Shown here: in pieces, positions 11,077-20,389 of the stretch | Position numbering within the stretch: the first letter of the stretch is position 1 | How the letters are laid out: each line of letters opens with the position of its first letter | IMG/VR virus record: IMGVR_UViG_3300033073_001045 | Span: 40,004 to 104,003 of that record | Direction: 5' to 3' (one strand) | DNA length: 64,000 bases | Source: a virus | Lineage: Duplodnaviria; Caudoviricetes | Notes under the pieces: model-generated | Told to the model about the DNA's origin: nothing | Database searches by the model: none | Seen by the model: only the letters and a program-made list of their open reading frames with translations | Position numbers and translations under genes: made by a program

Positions 11077-11448
11077 TTACTCCCTGCGGTATCCTAATCC
11101 TGCTCCGATACCAAATCCAGCTTCCGCTGCAAACTCTCCTTGAAGTGATGCAACATCATCTGCTGATGCCGTTATTCCAAGGGCCCTTCTTCTTATATCT
11201 TCAAATGAAGACTTAGCCTCATCTGTATTATCTTCATTTAAATCAATGCCTTGTATTGATGCCAGGAATTTTCTTTTCTCTGATTCAGTTTTTTGCATTG
11301 ATTTAATTGTCTGGATAAGCTCTGGCATTGAAAGATTTTCTTCTATTTCTTCGTAATTTTTCCAATTACCTAAAAGAAAAACTTCTCCTTCTAAAGCGGC
11401 TAGATCTAGTTCTGTCCAGCCAGTACTGCTGCCGCTAGAAGGTTTGGG
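11077..11448 (-). CDS. Tail assembly chaperone, frameshifted C-terminal part (gpGT-like)
   Basis: The -1 frame is open from the slippery site CCCAAAC (11442-11448) through ...GWTELDLAALEGEVFLLGNWKNYEE... into the 11077-11328 ORF. Confidence 0.8.
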   Translation of the reverse strand, partial: PKPSSGSSTGWTELDLAALEGEVFLLGNWKNYEEIEENLSMPELIQTIKSMQKTESEKRKFLASIQGIDLNEDNTDEAKSSFEDIRRRALGITASADDVASLQGEFAAEAGFGIGAGLGYRRE

Positions 11449-11738
11449 TCGTCCATCTTAATTCCACCGCATACTTCAAGAATACGATTAATTGTTGGGA
11501 CATCTAATGTGTCTTCAAATGCATCTTTATCTGCTACAAGATCTGGTAGCTGTTTACGTAAAGCAATTCCACATGCTTCAATAAGGATTGTTAGTGTTTC
11601 GTCTTCTGTTTTTACTTCTTGCGTCTTTTCAATTACCTTCATAAAATCACGAAGCTCTTTAATTGTTAAAGGCTTGAGTTTTACGACTGAACCATTTTGT
11701 AGTTGAATTTCTTCAACATCATATACTGTAGTTGCCAA
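11406..11738 (-). CDS. Tail assembly chaperone (gpG-like)
   Basis: Between tail tube and TMP; acidic, 110 aa; contains the slippery heptamer near its end. Confidence 0.85.
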   Translation of the reverse strand: MATTVYDVEEIQLQNGSVVKLKPLTIKELRDFMKVIEKTQEVKTEDETLTILIEACGIALRKQLPDLVADKDAFEDTLDVPTINRILEVCGGIKMDDPNLLAAAVLAGQN

Positions 11739-11801
11739 TTTATCCTCCTAGGATTTTGTCTTAATTATTGTATCATATACAAAATACAAGGGCAATAGAA
11801 A

Positions 11802-11823
11802 GCCCCCTAATTTCTTAGGGGGC
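11802..11823 (-). terminator. Intrinsic terminator after the tail tube gene
   Basis: GCCCCCTAA-tttc-TTAGGGGGC hairpin, followed by T-rich sequence on the minus strand. Confidence 0.7.
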
Positions 11824-11846
11824 ATCTATTAATTAAATTATTTTAA

Positions 11847-12533
11847 TTAGACTGTCAAAACACGGTCTACGATGAAACCGTATTCCTGACCAGCGTTTGC
11901 TGAGTCACCTGATGGAAGCAAACGGAATGTAACTGGGAATGTTGATGCTGCGTTACGAGCCAAAGAGAACTGTGACTGCTGTACAGAAAGAACACGACGT
12001 GCATAATATACACGCTCAGTTGCTGTTGCCTCTGATGTTGGTGCCTGACCTACTGCAATAAGCTGACGCTCTGTTGGAGCCTCACCAAGTGCACCACCAG
12101 CAAGACCGAGTTTGTCTGTTGCTGTTAGTCCTGTTCCTGATGATGCCAATGTTGTTGAGCGCTGACCAAATACAGCTAGAACGTTCTCAAGAGTACCTTC
12201 TGCCATTTCTGTTGCGATCATAACTTCCATTGACTCCTTGAAGAGCTTTGCTGTATCAAGAAGCTGATCTACTGTTACTGAACCGTATGATGGGTTGTAT
12301 GTAACCTGAAGACCGTTATTTGTGTAACCTACGTTACGATATCCAAATGTACCAGCTGTCTGGTCGATATCATTAAGTGTTTTGGTAAAAGAGATACCAG
12401 ACTCATAAGCGTAATCGCCCTGACCTGGTTCTGCATTTTGCACATAGTCTGAATCGGTTACGTCAATGTTTGAAATAAACAATGGTGACGCACCAACAAG
12501 AATATTTTTAGCATTACCTACGTTTTGTGCCAT
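11847..12533 (-). CDS. Major tail (tube) protein
   Basis: VGYTNNGLQVTY...VDQ and FPVTFRLLP motifs typical of siphovirus tube proteins; synteny. Confidence 0.85.
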   Translation of the reverse strand: MAQNVGNAKNILVGASPLFISNIDVTDSDYVQNAEPGQGDYAYESGISFTKTLNDIDQTAGTFGYRNVGYTNNGLQVTYNPSYGSVTVDQLLDTAKLFKESMEVMIATEMAEGTLENVLAVFGQRSTTLASSGTGLTATDKLGLAGGALGEAPTERQLIAVGQAPTSEATATERVYYARRVLSVQQSQFSLARNAASTFPVTFRLLPSGDSANAGQEYGFIVDRVLTV

Positions 12534-12651
12534 GTTGTAAAACCTCCTGTTAAATAAATAAATATATATATATTGATTTTTTCAAATCAAAAGCTGGCTA
12601 GGCCCTTTTCCTCTATGTCTAATTTTAGAGCACAATACTCTAAAAAGCAAC

Positions 12652-13161
12652 TTAGGCGAAGCGTCCTAGTCGATCAGTAATTCTTGAATATTTTACCTCA
12701 ATCATTACATCTGTTGATAGGAACCCCTGGAGCTCTTGGGAGGGCTCTGTTGGGGTAGTTTCGATAACCATAGTATTATGGAATATGATTTTATTTGTAT
12801 TTCTTGATAAGTTTAAGTCTCTTGCCGAATCGTCCATTCTTCTAAATACGTCTAGCATAAGGTTTCTAATGGCATTAATTTCTGAGACATCTGTTGAATA
12901 TATTGTAAATAAAAGCTTCTCGCAGCATATTAGCCAGTTGTCCTCATATGTCATTCCTACCTTATCGTAGACGATATGAGTCTTCCCGCTCAAAAATTGA
13001 TTAAGCTCTGGTGATTGCTGGACTGGAATAATTGGAATTATCTCGTTCCCAGTATTTTCAATATAATAATCTGAAGACTTAACTAGTTTATTAAGTACTA
13101 GCTCTTCCCAGAGGTGCCTTCTTATTTCATACATAGCGTCTATGTTATAGTCGATTGTCAT
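12652..13161 (-). CDS. Tail terminator-like protein
   Basis: Size and position immediately upstream of the tail tube gene. Confidence 0.6.
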   Translation of the reverse strand: MTIDYNIDAMYEIRRHLWEELVLNKLVKSSDYYIENTGNEIIPIIPVQQSPELNQFLSGKTHIVYDKVGMTYEDNWLICCEKLLFTIYSTDVSEINAIRNLMLDVFRRMDDSARDLNLSRNTNKIIFHNTMVIETTPTEPSQELQGFLSTDVMIEVKYSRITDRLGRFA

Positions 13162-13949
13162 AGTGCTCCTCCAAATGATGTTGTTAATGCTGCCTCTGCT
13201 TGAAGCCTTACTGCATTTGCAGAGAATGAATATTTAACTTTCTTTATATCTGATGGCAACTTCATAGCCTTTACCATCTTTGAATTAAATATAGACTGAA
13301 AGCCAGAATTTTTAATTGCAGAGCTTACAAGCGGTCCAGAAAAATATTGACTATATGCCAATACAAATTGGTTTCTGGATGCTGTTCCGCCTGGTCTTTT
13401 TACCATGACAGAAGATCCTTTTGGCATGAATACTGGGATACCATCTATTTCAAATACAAGTCTTTCTGCAGACTTTGGTCTAATTACAATAGGCATTCCT
13501 TCTTCCATAACTGAAGCCTTATTGGCAAAAATATATTTCTTTCTTTGCTTTTTATTTTTTGATGGCACGGATGTCTTTGATAGCTTGTACTCAAAATCTA
13601 ATTTAAATGAAAGTCCTGGACCGTCTAGCTGTCTTAACTTAAAAAGTCTTGCTTTTTGATCACCAGTTTTATTCCACTCATAAACATGATGAAGAGACTT
13701 TGGCTTTATTCTTGCCTTTGAGTCTACATACTCACCGAACTCCTTATCTATCTGAGTAAATATTGTTTTCTTAAATAGTCTTTGAAATGCAGCATTTGCT
13801 TCTAGCTTAGCAAGGACATTTGATTGGTAATATAGGAATGCAGATATCTGTGCAACACTACTATCTTTTATTACTCCAGAAGACTTTGCTCCGACCATCA
13901 GTCTTTCAAGACCGCTGGCAGCTTGAAGGAGAGCTACGTTAGATTCCAA
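13158..13949 (-). CDS. Neck / tail completion protein (putative)
   Basis: Basic 263-aa protein between head-closure and terminator genes. Confidence 0.45.
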   Translation of the reverse strand: MESNVALLQAASGLERLMVGAKSSGVIKDSSVAQISAFLYYQSNVLAKLEANAAFQRLFKKTIFTQIDKEFGEYVDSKARIKPKSLHHVYEWNKTGDQKARLFKLRQLDGPGLSFKLDFEYKLSKTSVPSKNKKQRKKYIFANKASVMEEGMPIVIRPKSAERLVFEIDGIPVFMPKGSSVMVKRPGGTASRNQFVLAYSQYFSGPLVSSAIKNSGFQSIFNSKMVKAMKLPSDIKKVKYSFSANAVRLQAEAALTTSFGGAL

Positions 13950-14367
13950 TTTGCTGATTCTCCGACCTAAAGGCTATAGAGTTATAAGCCAATATATTTC
14001 CGAATGGATCTGTAATAGGTGTAGAGCTAGCTATCTCAAAAACAGTTGGTGTCTGTGTAGGCCAATTTAATTCTTTCCAAATAACATTGCCAGAAGAATC
14101 TCTAATGTTAGTGACCTTTTCTCTGTATGTTATTTGCTCAGATGTCCTAATTTCAATTACTTGCTCATTTGAATACTTTGAACCCATGCTTTGTTTATCT
14201 CCAGATCGTGCAGTAGATGACTTTGAGATAGTTCCTGTGGCTGTGCATGGCATAGTTTTTGAATACGACCACTGTTTCTTTATGGCCCCAGTAAGCTCGT
14301 CTTGCTCATCCTCTTGAACATATATGTCAAGATCCATGGTCATTAATGAATCTACTAGGCCGTTCAT
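13939..14367 (-). CDS. Head closure (stopper) protein
   Basis: Position after the adaptor; beta-rich, 142 aa. Confidence 0.6.
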   Translation of the reverse strand: MNGLVDSLMTMDLDIYVQEDEQDELTGAIKKQWSYSKTMPCTATGTISKSSTARSGDKQSMGSKYSNEQVIEIRTSEQITYREKVTNIRDSSGNVIWKELNWPTQTPTVFEIASSTPITDPFGNILAYNSIAFRSENQQIGI

Positions 14368-14368
14368 A

Positions 14369-15355
14369 TTATATAACTACCATTGAATTTATGACATAAG
14401 GGTAAAGTAACTGATCGGCGTAAGCATTTCCAGTTCCTTTATATGCATCTGATGCATATTCAAACTGCCAATCAAATGTCTTAATTGTCTTAAGATATTT
14501 GTTTGTCCAAATTCTATCTTTAGAGAAATAGTCTCCTATTAATTGAATAGCGGCTTGTTCTACATTGTCTGGGACTTCAGCCCAACCAAACTTACCCTGA
14601 ACTCTGTATTTAACATCTTTAATAAAAGCTCCATTATATGAGTCATTAATTGATGGTGGTACCATTCCATTTGCTGTATATACGCTATTGTCTAGCGAGT
14701 TAGCTCTATCTACTCTTAATCCAAATCCAGTCTCAGAAACAATAGGTGCAAACATCCAATTATTTATACTATTAATATTGTCTATCAGTAGAATATCATT
14801 TGCGTACAATTCATGTATTCTGTCTATTTTAAATGGCAGTGGCAGTATATCTGATCCAGACCCAATAACTGTTTCTGTACCATCGTATAAATAAAAGCGT
14901 TGCCCAGTGTAATTCTCAATTACTTTTCTGGCAAACTTTTCAGCCATTATTAATTCATGATAGCTCTTATACATTGGGTCTGATTGATCTGTGCCAAGAC
15001 CAAGGTCTTGAACGACTTCAGCTAAAGAAGCATATGGTGTCACTACATCTACAAATGTTTCATGAAGAATTTCGTTAGAATCTACAGAGTATTTCCAAAT
15101 TAGCTTTAAATTTTTGTTTCTACTTGTTAAAGCATATGGTATATTGATTTGGTATGAACCATAATCAACCTCTGATTTGTATGCTACTAAATCTTCTTCA
15201 ACTGGCACTAGTGGACTAATTGATGGGACGATTGCTGGGTCCTGTGTTATATCATAAATATCAACCAGAACATCGCTATCGGCATCGACTATTGTCCCGC
15301 CCCAAAATATTTTTGTTGATGCTGGGGCGCTACTATTTTTATATACTTCTGCCAT
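14369..15355 (-). CDS. Head-tail adaptor protein
   Basis: IENYTGQRF and FGWAEVPDNVEQAAIQL motifs of gp15/gp6-like adaptors; extra N-terminal domain. Confidence 0.75.
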   Translation of the reverse strand: MAEVYKNSSAPASTKIFWGGTIVDADSDVLVDIYDITQDPAIVPSISPLVPVEEDLVAYKSEVDYGSYQINIPYALTSRNKNLKLIWKYSVDSNEILHETFVDVVTPYASLAEVVQDLGLGTDQSDPMYKSYHELIMAEKFARKVIENYTGQRFYLYDGTETVIGSGSDILPLPFKIDRIHELYANDILLIDNINSINNWMFAPIVSETGFGLRVDRANSLDNSVYTANGMVPPSINDSYNGAFIKDVKYRVQGKFGWAEVPDNVEQAAIQLIGDYFSKDRIWTNKYLKTIKTFDWQFEYASDAYKGTGNAYADQLLYPYVINSMVVI

Positions 15356-15370
15356 TTATAATGTTAACGC

Positions 15371-15766
15371 TTAGTGATAGAAGTCTTGAACTTCCTTTGG
15401 TGTCGCTAAACGAAAACCCTCCTCTTTATCAAAGATTTTCTGAGCATCTTCTTCTGACATTGCTACAAACGGGTGATCCTTTGTAAATGTATGTTTTAGG
15501 ATATCGTATCTAGCATTTGCTCTTGTCATTCTTACGAGTACTGAGTCTTTAAGATCAACAGACTTTGGATCAAACTTTGGAAGTATTTCAATTTCTTCTG
15601 TATTGTCTTCTATATCCTGCATTGTCTTTTGATATACAGACCATGTTACGCCTTCTTCTGAAAGAGCGGCAATAATGTCTTTCTTACTTTTTAGACCTTC
15701 TGTATCAACAGCAAATTCTGTTGCAATAGCTCTTAGTTCTGCTACCTTTAATGTGTCAAACGACAT
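15371..15766 (-). CDS. Head-associated protein with Rho-N/HeH-like N-terminus
   Basis: LKVAELRAIA...KKDIIAAL helix-extension-helix pattern; follows the MCP. Confidence 0.5.
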   Translation of the reverse strand: MSFDTLKVAELRAIATEFAVDTEGLKSKKDIIAALSEEGVTWSVYQKTMQDIEDNTEEIEILPKFDPKSVDLKDSVLVRMTRANARYDILKHTFTKDHPFVAMSEEDAQKIFDKEEGFRLATPKEVQDFYH

Positions 15767-15821
15767 ATTATTTTCTCCTTTTTCTAGGTTCTTTAATTAT
15801 AGCATTGTTAAATTTAAATGA

Positions 15822-15849
15822 AAAGCCCCCAAAATTAATTGGGGGCCTT
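15822..15849 (-). terminator. Intrinsic terminator after the MCP gene
   Basis: GCCCCCAA...TTGGGGGC inverted repeat with TTTT downstream on the minus strand. Confidence 0.75.
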
Positions 15850-15872
15850 TCGGTAGTTTAATTCTTAATTAA

Positions 15873-16922
15873 TTAAGAAGCAACCTTAACGTTCTTTACG
15901 ACTACCCAAGCATCTGCTTGCTCGATTTGAACACCAACACGAGTATACATTGTGTACTCGATTGAGTCCTTGCGAGGCCAGAAGAAGCGGTAAACAGTTA
16001 CGTCACGCTTGATACCAATAACTACGTTATTTGGGAATGTCAAGTGAACATCACCGTGTGAGCCTGTTGCGCCATCGTAATCACCTGTTTGTGTCTCAGG
16101 AAGAAGTGGAACTTCAACGATTGGAATACCGAATGCATATGGAGCAACGTATCCTGCTGGTCCACCAAGAACTGGAACGTCGCCACGAATGATACCTGAA
16201 GCGATATCCTGTGGTGTTACGTTCTGAATGTTCTGTGAGTTTGAGTACAAGTAGTCTTGGATAAGATTTGATCCAGACAAGAAGCGAAGGTCTGTACGAC
16301 GCTGCTTGTACTTACGAGGCAAAGCCTTGAGAGCAGAGTTGAATACTGCACGATTTAGGCCCTGACCTTCTGCGTCAACAACGTGACCATAAGTCTTTGC
16401 CTTCTTTACAGCGCCATCAAATGACTTGTAAAGTGCGTCTCCTGTAAGAGAAGAGTCACCATTAAGAATAACATCTTCGATGTCATTTCCTGCTTGTGTT
16501 GCCATCATACGTGCAATATGATCTTCAAGATCTGCACCTTCGATGTTATCTTCTAGAGATTCAGTTGAAAGCTCCCAGTCCATGCGAAGCTTCTTTGTTG
16601 TGAGAGAGATCTTAGAGAATGTTACTCCGCTGTTAGTTGCGGTATTCTCGCCTTCTGATGCAAGCTTTACAAGCTTCTCACCAATAGACATACGATCAAT
16701 TTCAGTTGTATCAGCTTTCATACGGACCGTACGTGCAACCTTACCAATTACGGTAGCGTCGAACATATAATCTAGAAATCTAGCTGATTGTTCTGGGTTA
16801 AGGAGACCACCATTTCCATTTTCGGAAGCTGTGTGTACTCCTGCACCACCAGTTGAAGAGCCAAAGCCAGTTGATACTGTTGTACCTGCTGCTGCGGCCT
16901 TTTCTAATAGTTCATTACTCAT
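15873..16922 (-). CDS. Major capsid protein (HK97 fold)
   Basis: GGLLNPEQSARF, ELSTESLEDNIEG, LNGD and FGIPIVEVP motifs; downstream of the protease. Confidence 0.93.
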   Translation of the reverse strand: MSNELLEKAAAAGTTVSTGFGSSTGGAGVHTASENGNGGLLNPEQSARFLDYMFDATVIGKVARTVRMKADTTEIDRMSIGEKLVKLASEGENTATNSGVTFSKISLTTKKLRMDWELSTESLEDNIEGADLEDHIARMMATQAGNDIEDVILNGDSSLTGDALYKSFDGAVKKAKTYGHVVDAEGQGLNRAVFNSALKALPRKYKQRRTDLRFLSGSNLIQDYLYSNSQNIQNVTPQDIASGIIRGDVPVLGGPAGYVAPYAFGIPIVEVPLLPETQTGDYDGATGSHGDVHLTFPNNVVIGIKRDVTVYRFFWPRKDSIEYTMYTRVGVQIEQADAWVVVKNVKVAS

Positions 16923-16939
16923 TTTTTTTTCACCTACCC

Positions 16940-18349
16940 TTAGTTTGAAAAGATTTCATTTACGGAACCGAGGAAAGAACCGTTCCATTTTGATTTTGAT
17001 TGTCTTGCTATTCCTTCTGATCGGCCAAGATCTGAGGACTTCTTAATTGCTGTATCGCCTTCTACGGCATCTACACGCTTTTGAACACTATCAATAGTGC
17101 CCTTTATTTCTGACACAGCTGCACTAAGTGCGCTATGCTTTTCTGCCAACTCTGTAATTTGGCCATTGATGCTCTTGCTGAATGACTCTACAGTTTCTTT
17201 TATTTCTGAAACCTGTGCAGCATTAGCTTCTGTAGCCTTTACTAGAGTCTCCGAGAAAAATCCCTTAAGGTCGCCCAACATTTTTGCAAAATCAGGTTCA
17301 TCAACCGTGACTTCTTTTGTTTCGGCTGCTTTTTCAACGGAGTCGGCAGGAGTTGTTTCGACTGATGCTGGTGCATCTTCTGAAACTACATCAGACTTTT
17401 CAATAGCTACTTCTGCTTCAGATACAACATCTTCTGCTTCTGTAACGACTGAATCTTCAGCAACTTCAACAGCTGCTTCAACGACTGATTCTGGTACAGC
17501 TGTTTCAACTGGAGCTTCGACTATTGCCTCTGCTTCTTTGTTAACATTAAGCTTTTCCATCTCATTACCTCCTTCTGCGTTTGCCTGTTTTGCAATTGTT
17601 TGTGTTTCAGGCAACGTCAATCTTGACTTCTTAAATGAATCAAGAATTTTATCTATTTCTTTTGATTTAGATGCGTCTGAACTTTCTACCCATCCAATTA
17701 ATGTAGCTGGTTTACCAGATACTGGTGACTCAAATGTTTTTTCTGTCGACATAAAAACAGAATCACTTTCTTCGCAATAAAAAATATTTTCTGTAACAAC
17801 TTCTGTAGCCATTCCCTTGTATACAACTTGTCCGTTCATCTTTTCAATAGAAAAAATATTACATAGCTGGTTTGCTGGTGAGTCTACAATTGATAGCTCT
17901 ATGAGTTCATAATTTTTAATAAATCTTACTTGCTCGCCTGTAGATTTATTAATTTCGTTGTCTGCTTCTAAAATCTTTCCGCCTATTGAAAATCCTGATA
18001 GCGTTCCATCGAGAACTTTTTCCCATGTATCTTGTGCGCCTTTTGAAATATATGATGTAACATAAACTCCATTATAAAACTCTTTTGTTTTTTGATCATA
18101 ATAAGTTTCTGGTCTAAAAGAAACTACCTTGCCAACTGCAAGTGGCTGATGCATCTCACGAAGATTTCCTCTAAACGATTCAAACGCCTTCATGCTTGCT
18201 TCTGCTGTAACAACATCGCCAGTTTGATCTACGTTGTCTAGTGTCGCAAAACCAGATACAGTTCTCTGTTCACGATTTACTTTCGTGAATGGTACTGATA
18301 GGTGTACGTTGTCGCCATTACTGGACCACAGGGCCTTTTCAATGTTCAT
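16940..18349 (-). CDS. Prohead protease fused to an acidic scaffold region
   Basis: REMHQ, GFSIGG and ELSIVDSPAN HK97-type protease motifs; Glu/Ala-rich linker and coiled-coil C-terminus. Confidence 0.9.
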   Translation of the reverse strand: MNIEKALWSSNGDNVHLSVPFTKVNREQRTVSGFATLDNVDQTGDVVTAEASMKAFESFRGNLREMHQPLAVGKVVSFRPETYYDQKTKEFYNGVYVTSYISKGAQDTWEKVLDGTLSGFSIGGKILEADNEINKSTGEQVRFIKNYELIELSIVDSPANQLCNIFSIEKMNGQVVYKGMATEVVTENIFYCEESDSVFMSTEKTFESPVSGKPATLIGWVESSDASKSKEIDKILDSFKKSRLTLPETQTIAKQANAEGGNEMEKLNVNKEAEAIVEAPVETAVPESVVEAAVEVAEDSVVTEAEDVVSEAEVAIEKSDVVSEDAPASVETTPADSVEKAAETKEVTVDEPDFAKMLGDLKGFFSETLVKATEANAAQVSEIKETVESFSKSINGQITELAEKHSALSAAVSEIKGTIDSVQKRVDAVEGDTAIKKSSDLGRSEGIARQSKSKWNGSFLGSVNEIFSN

Positions 18350-18402
18350 ATGGTTAATTTTATATTGTTATTTACTATAACGCAAATAGCAGTTGATTAA
18401 AC

Positions 18403-19989
18403 TTATTTGACTTTTGGACCATCGCCTTTTGCATTTCGGCCTTCCCCATTTTTATCTGGGGCATTTTTAGCACGTTCCTGGTCTCTTGATCTATTCCCAG
18501 TAGACTTGGCATTTTGATCTGCTGCCTGCTGAGGCTTTAATTCTACTACTTCGTCTCCCCCATCAATAGGAACCATATTTTTTCTAATTCGAACTTCGTT
18601 TGGAGTTATGACCTGCATTCTCAAGTAAATTTCATCAATTTGGCTTTGAGTAATTTCATCAGTAAGGCTGAGTTCATTGAATTTTAATTCAACAACATCT
18701 GTCTTTTCTGCAATTAAATAATTAAGCTTTTTCTCAAGTCTATCCTGAGCTGGACGACAAACTTGCTCTTTAAATGTTTTATCAGCATCACGAGCAACTG
18801 CTAGATTTACACCCTCTGGCGTTCCAATTTTATTAATTGGGACACGGTGGGCCAAAAGGATTTCATCTCTATTTGTTTTACGATAAATATTAAATGATGA
18901 CTCCTGCTCTCCTGCCTCAATTGGCTCCATCTTAAATTCAGTCTTTGAGTCTGGTGTGTCTGCTGGAAGAGGAATATATAGAGATCTGTGATTCTTTCCT
19001 TTAAGTCCAACCTGGAAAAATTCTAGAAGCTTTCTTTCTGATTCTGGTGAAAGTTTTGCTCCCTTAACTGTAATAATATATCTTGGTACCGCTTTATTTT
19101 CAAAGTAGTCAAGGTTATATCTTCCAGCAAATTCATTACCAGCTAGCGCTTGCTGAGCAGCAATAATATCTGGAACACCATAGTAGTTATTCATTGGTGT
19201 ATATTTCTTCAAATGAATAATCTCATTTGGTCGATCTTCTTGTCCAGCAATTGGGCTTGGCGTTTCCATATCGCCAAAGTTTCTAAAGAAAACAGCCTTG
19301 CCGTAAAGAAGTTGTATGAAACCATCACGCAATCTTCTTACACGCATTGTCTTGGCTGGTATATGACCAATGTAGCCGATATCTCCAGCAACTGTACGAC
19401 CAATCTCAATGTAACCATTACCAGTCGCCTCAAGGTCTGTATAGGCCTTTATGAGGGTCTCTGTAAAAGACTCTTCTTCGTTGCAATCATCTAGCCATAA
19501 ATCAAGCTGTGTTTTAATTCTATTAATCTTTGCACGTGCTCTATCTAATTGTTTTTGATCAGTAATAGCATCCATTGCATCTTTTGTTTTTGGAGTTTCT
19601 GTAAATGTATATCCAAGACCAACAATATTTGAAACTTTTGCATTAATTGCAGCATAATTATATGTTGATATTTCATAAATCTTTGAAAGATATTCAAGGT
19701 TATAAGTTGGCTCGACAAGATCAAATAACGCATATCCGCTGATAGCTTGCTGCATTAGATTTTGCTGTGTGCCTACTCCAGAGGTACCAACAAAAGATTT
19801 TGAAAAATCTCTATTTACCTTGCGTCTAAATGTTGATCCAAGCCCACTTAATTTTTTAATTTCTTCTAGGCCAATATTAAATGGATCTTCATGCTCTGCT
19901 TCTTTTTTAAAAGAAAACCAATCTGCAGAATTAGATATATCTATTGTATTTGAGTCTTCTGACTCATCTTCTATAAATTCAGCTCTCAT
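18403..19989 (-). CDS. Portal protein
   Basis: DLEATGNGYIE, EIIHLK, YYGVPD, ILLAHRVP and ITPNEVR portal motifs. Confidence 0.93.
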   Translation of the reverse strand: MRAEFIEDESEDSNTIDISNSADWFSFKKEAEHEDPFNIGLEEIKKLSGLGSTFRRKVNRDFSKSFVGTSGVGTQQNLMQQAISGYALFDLVEPTYNLEYLSKIYEISTYNYAAINAKVSNIVGLGYTFTETPKTKDAMDAITDQKQLDRARAKINRIKTQLDLWLDDCNEEESFTETLIKAYTDLEATGNGYIEIGRTVAGDIGYIGHIPAKTMRVRRLRDGFIQLLYGKAVFFRNFGDMETPSPIAGQEDRPNEIIHLKKYTPMNNYYGVPDIIAAQQALAGNEFAGRYNLDYFENKAVPRYIITVKGAKLSPESERKLLEFFQVGLKGKNHRSLYIPLPADTPDSKTEFKMEPIEAGEQESSFNIYRKTNRDEILLAHRVPINKIGTPEGVNLAVARDADKTFKEQVCRPAQDRLEKKLNYLIAEKTDVVELKFNELSLTDEITQSQIDEIYLRMQVITPNEVRIRKNMVPIDGGDEVVELKPQQAADQNAKSTGNRSRDQERAKNAPDKNGEGRNAKGDGPKVK

Positions 19990-20324
19990 TGAACTTTTCC
20001 ATTTCTTAAAATTGAATCTTTATAGACGCCAATATCTAACGGATCTGGTGTAAGACCCCACTTAAGCCTTTCATTTTGATGTTCAAACTCTTCATCATCA
20101 ATTTTGCGTCTTCCTGCTAAAAACTTAGGTTGTCCTACATCTATTCCATACGAACGGACTTCTCTTGCAAGTGCGTCAATTCTAGAACGATTGCCTTTCT
20201 TTGAAGTTATCGATAAGAAATTTCCATCGTCATCACCAATCCATCTTCCATCTGGCATTTCCCAGACATATATTCCAAGGGTTGTTTCCTCGATGATCTG
20301 ACTTTTCTGATTCAATATGTTCAT
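19986..20324 (-). CDS. Conserved-looking hypothetical protein upstream of portal
   Basis: Clean ORF with an extended -10 just upstream; overlaps the portal start. Confidence 0.6.
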   Translation of the reverse strand: MNILNQKSQIIEETTLGIYVWEMPDGRWIGDDDGNFLSITSKKGNRSRIDALAREVRSYGIDVGQPKFLAGRRKIDDEEFEHQNERLKWGLTPDPLDIGVYKDSILRNGKVQ

Positions 20325-20389
20325 ATAGTACTAATTCTACCATTCTTTAATATCAAAGTCCAGATTTTGTCTTAGACATTTACAATATT

